IMG/VR virus record: IMGVR_UViG_3300017785_003850
Coordinates: 1 to 24,551 of that record
Origin: a virus
Lineage: Duplodnaviria; Caudoviricetes
Length of the DNA stretch: 24,551 nucleotides
Direction: 5' to 3' (one strand)
The translations under genes and the position numbers were made by a program. Below, in pieces: positions 24,368-24,551 of this stretch (the first letter of the stretch is position 1; each line of letters begins with the position of its first letter). The notes beneath the pieces were generated by a model. That model was not told the DNA's origin, did not search any database, and worked only from the letters and a program-made list of their open reading frames with translations.

Positions 24368-24551
24368 TGCCGCCCTCCAGATAGCCTTGAACGATCTTGG
24401 TCAACATATCCCCATCATCATGCTTTGGCGCGTCGTCAGCCCCATAGCCAAGCAATGCCACGCCGCGCTTGACCGCTTCCGGCTGTAGGTCATCGCCAAT
24501 CGGCTCGTATCCGATAGCCTCACGCGCCTCGTCCACTGTCAGAACGCCAGC
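24354..24551 (-). CDS. portal protein, C-terminal part (truncated by window edge)
   Basis: AGVLTVDEAREAIGYEP matches the HK97-type portal C-terminal motif G..T.NE.R...G..P; expected position. Confidence 0.75.
   Translation of the reverse strand, partial: AGVLTVDEAREAIGYEPIGDDLQPEAVKRGVALLGYGADDAPKHDDGDMLTKIVQGYLEGGNEDG

Overview
This window is part of a tailed dsDNA phage or prophage (HK97-fold siphovirus). The host is probably an alphaproteobacterium, judged from a GapR/DUF2312 gene and GTA-like head and tail genes. Region 1-6832 holds early/accessory genes, mostly on the + strand, with a short divergent operon at 3665-4434. Region 7012-24551 is a - strand late operon running portal (partial), collagen/Gly-rich fibre genes, minor head protein, protease, capsid, connectors, tail tube, chaperones, tape measure, tail tip and lysis genes. 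The most striking element is a self-contained module at about 1044-2876, inserted between a DUF1367-like gene and a Ref/HNH-like gene. It has its own promoter and structured leader, a stand-alone Cas7/RAMP-like gene (1206-1964), a non-coding array of 5-nt units (conserved GGY triplet plus variable NN dinucleotide) punctuated by GGCGGTY, a partner gene (2276-2776), and a second GGY-NN array. This looks like a minimal phage-encoded, non-CRISPR RNA-guided system whose specificity is written in the gapped NN positions. Also notable are a promoter-driven, highly structured ~350-nt ncRNA candidate (3271-3630) and a shared phage late-promoter motif. All family calls are from motif recognition by eye; no database searches were run.
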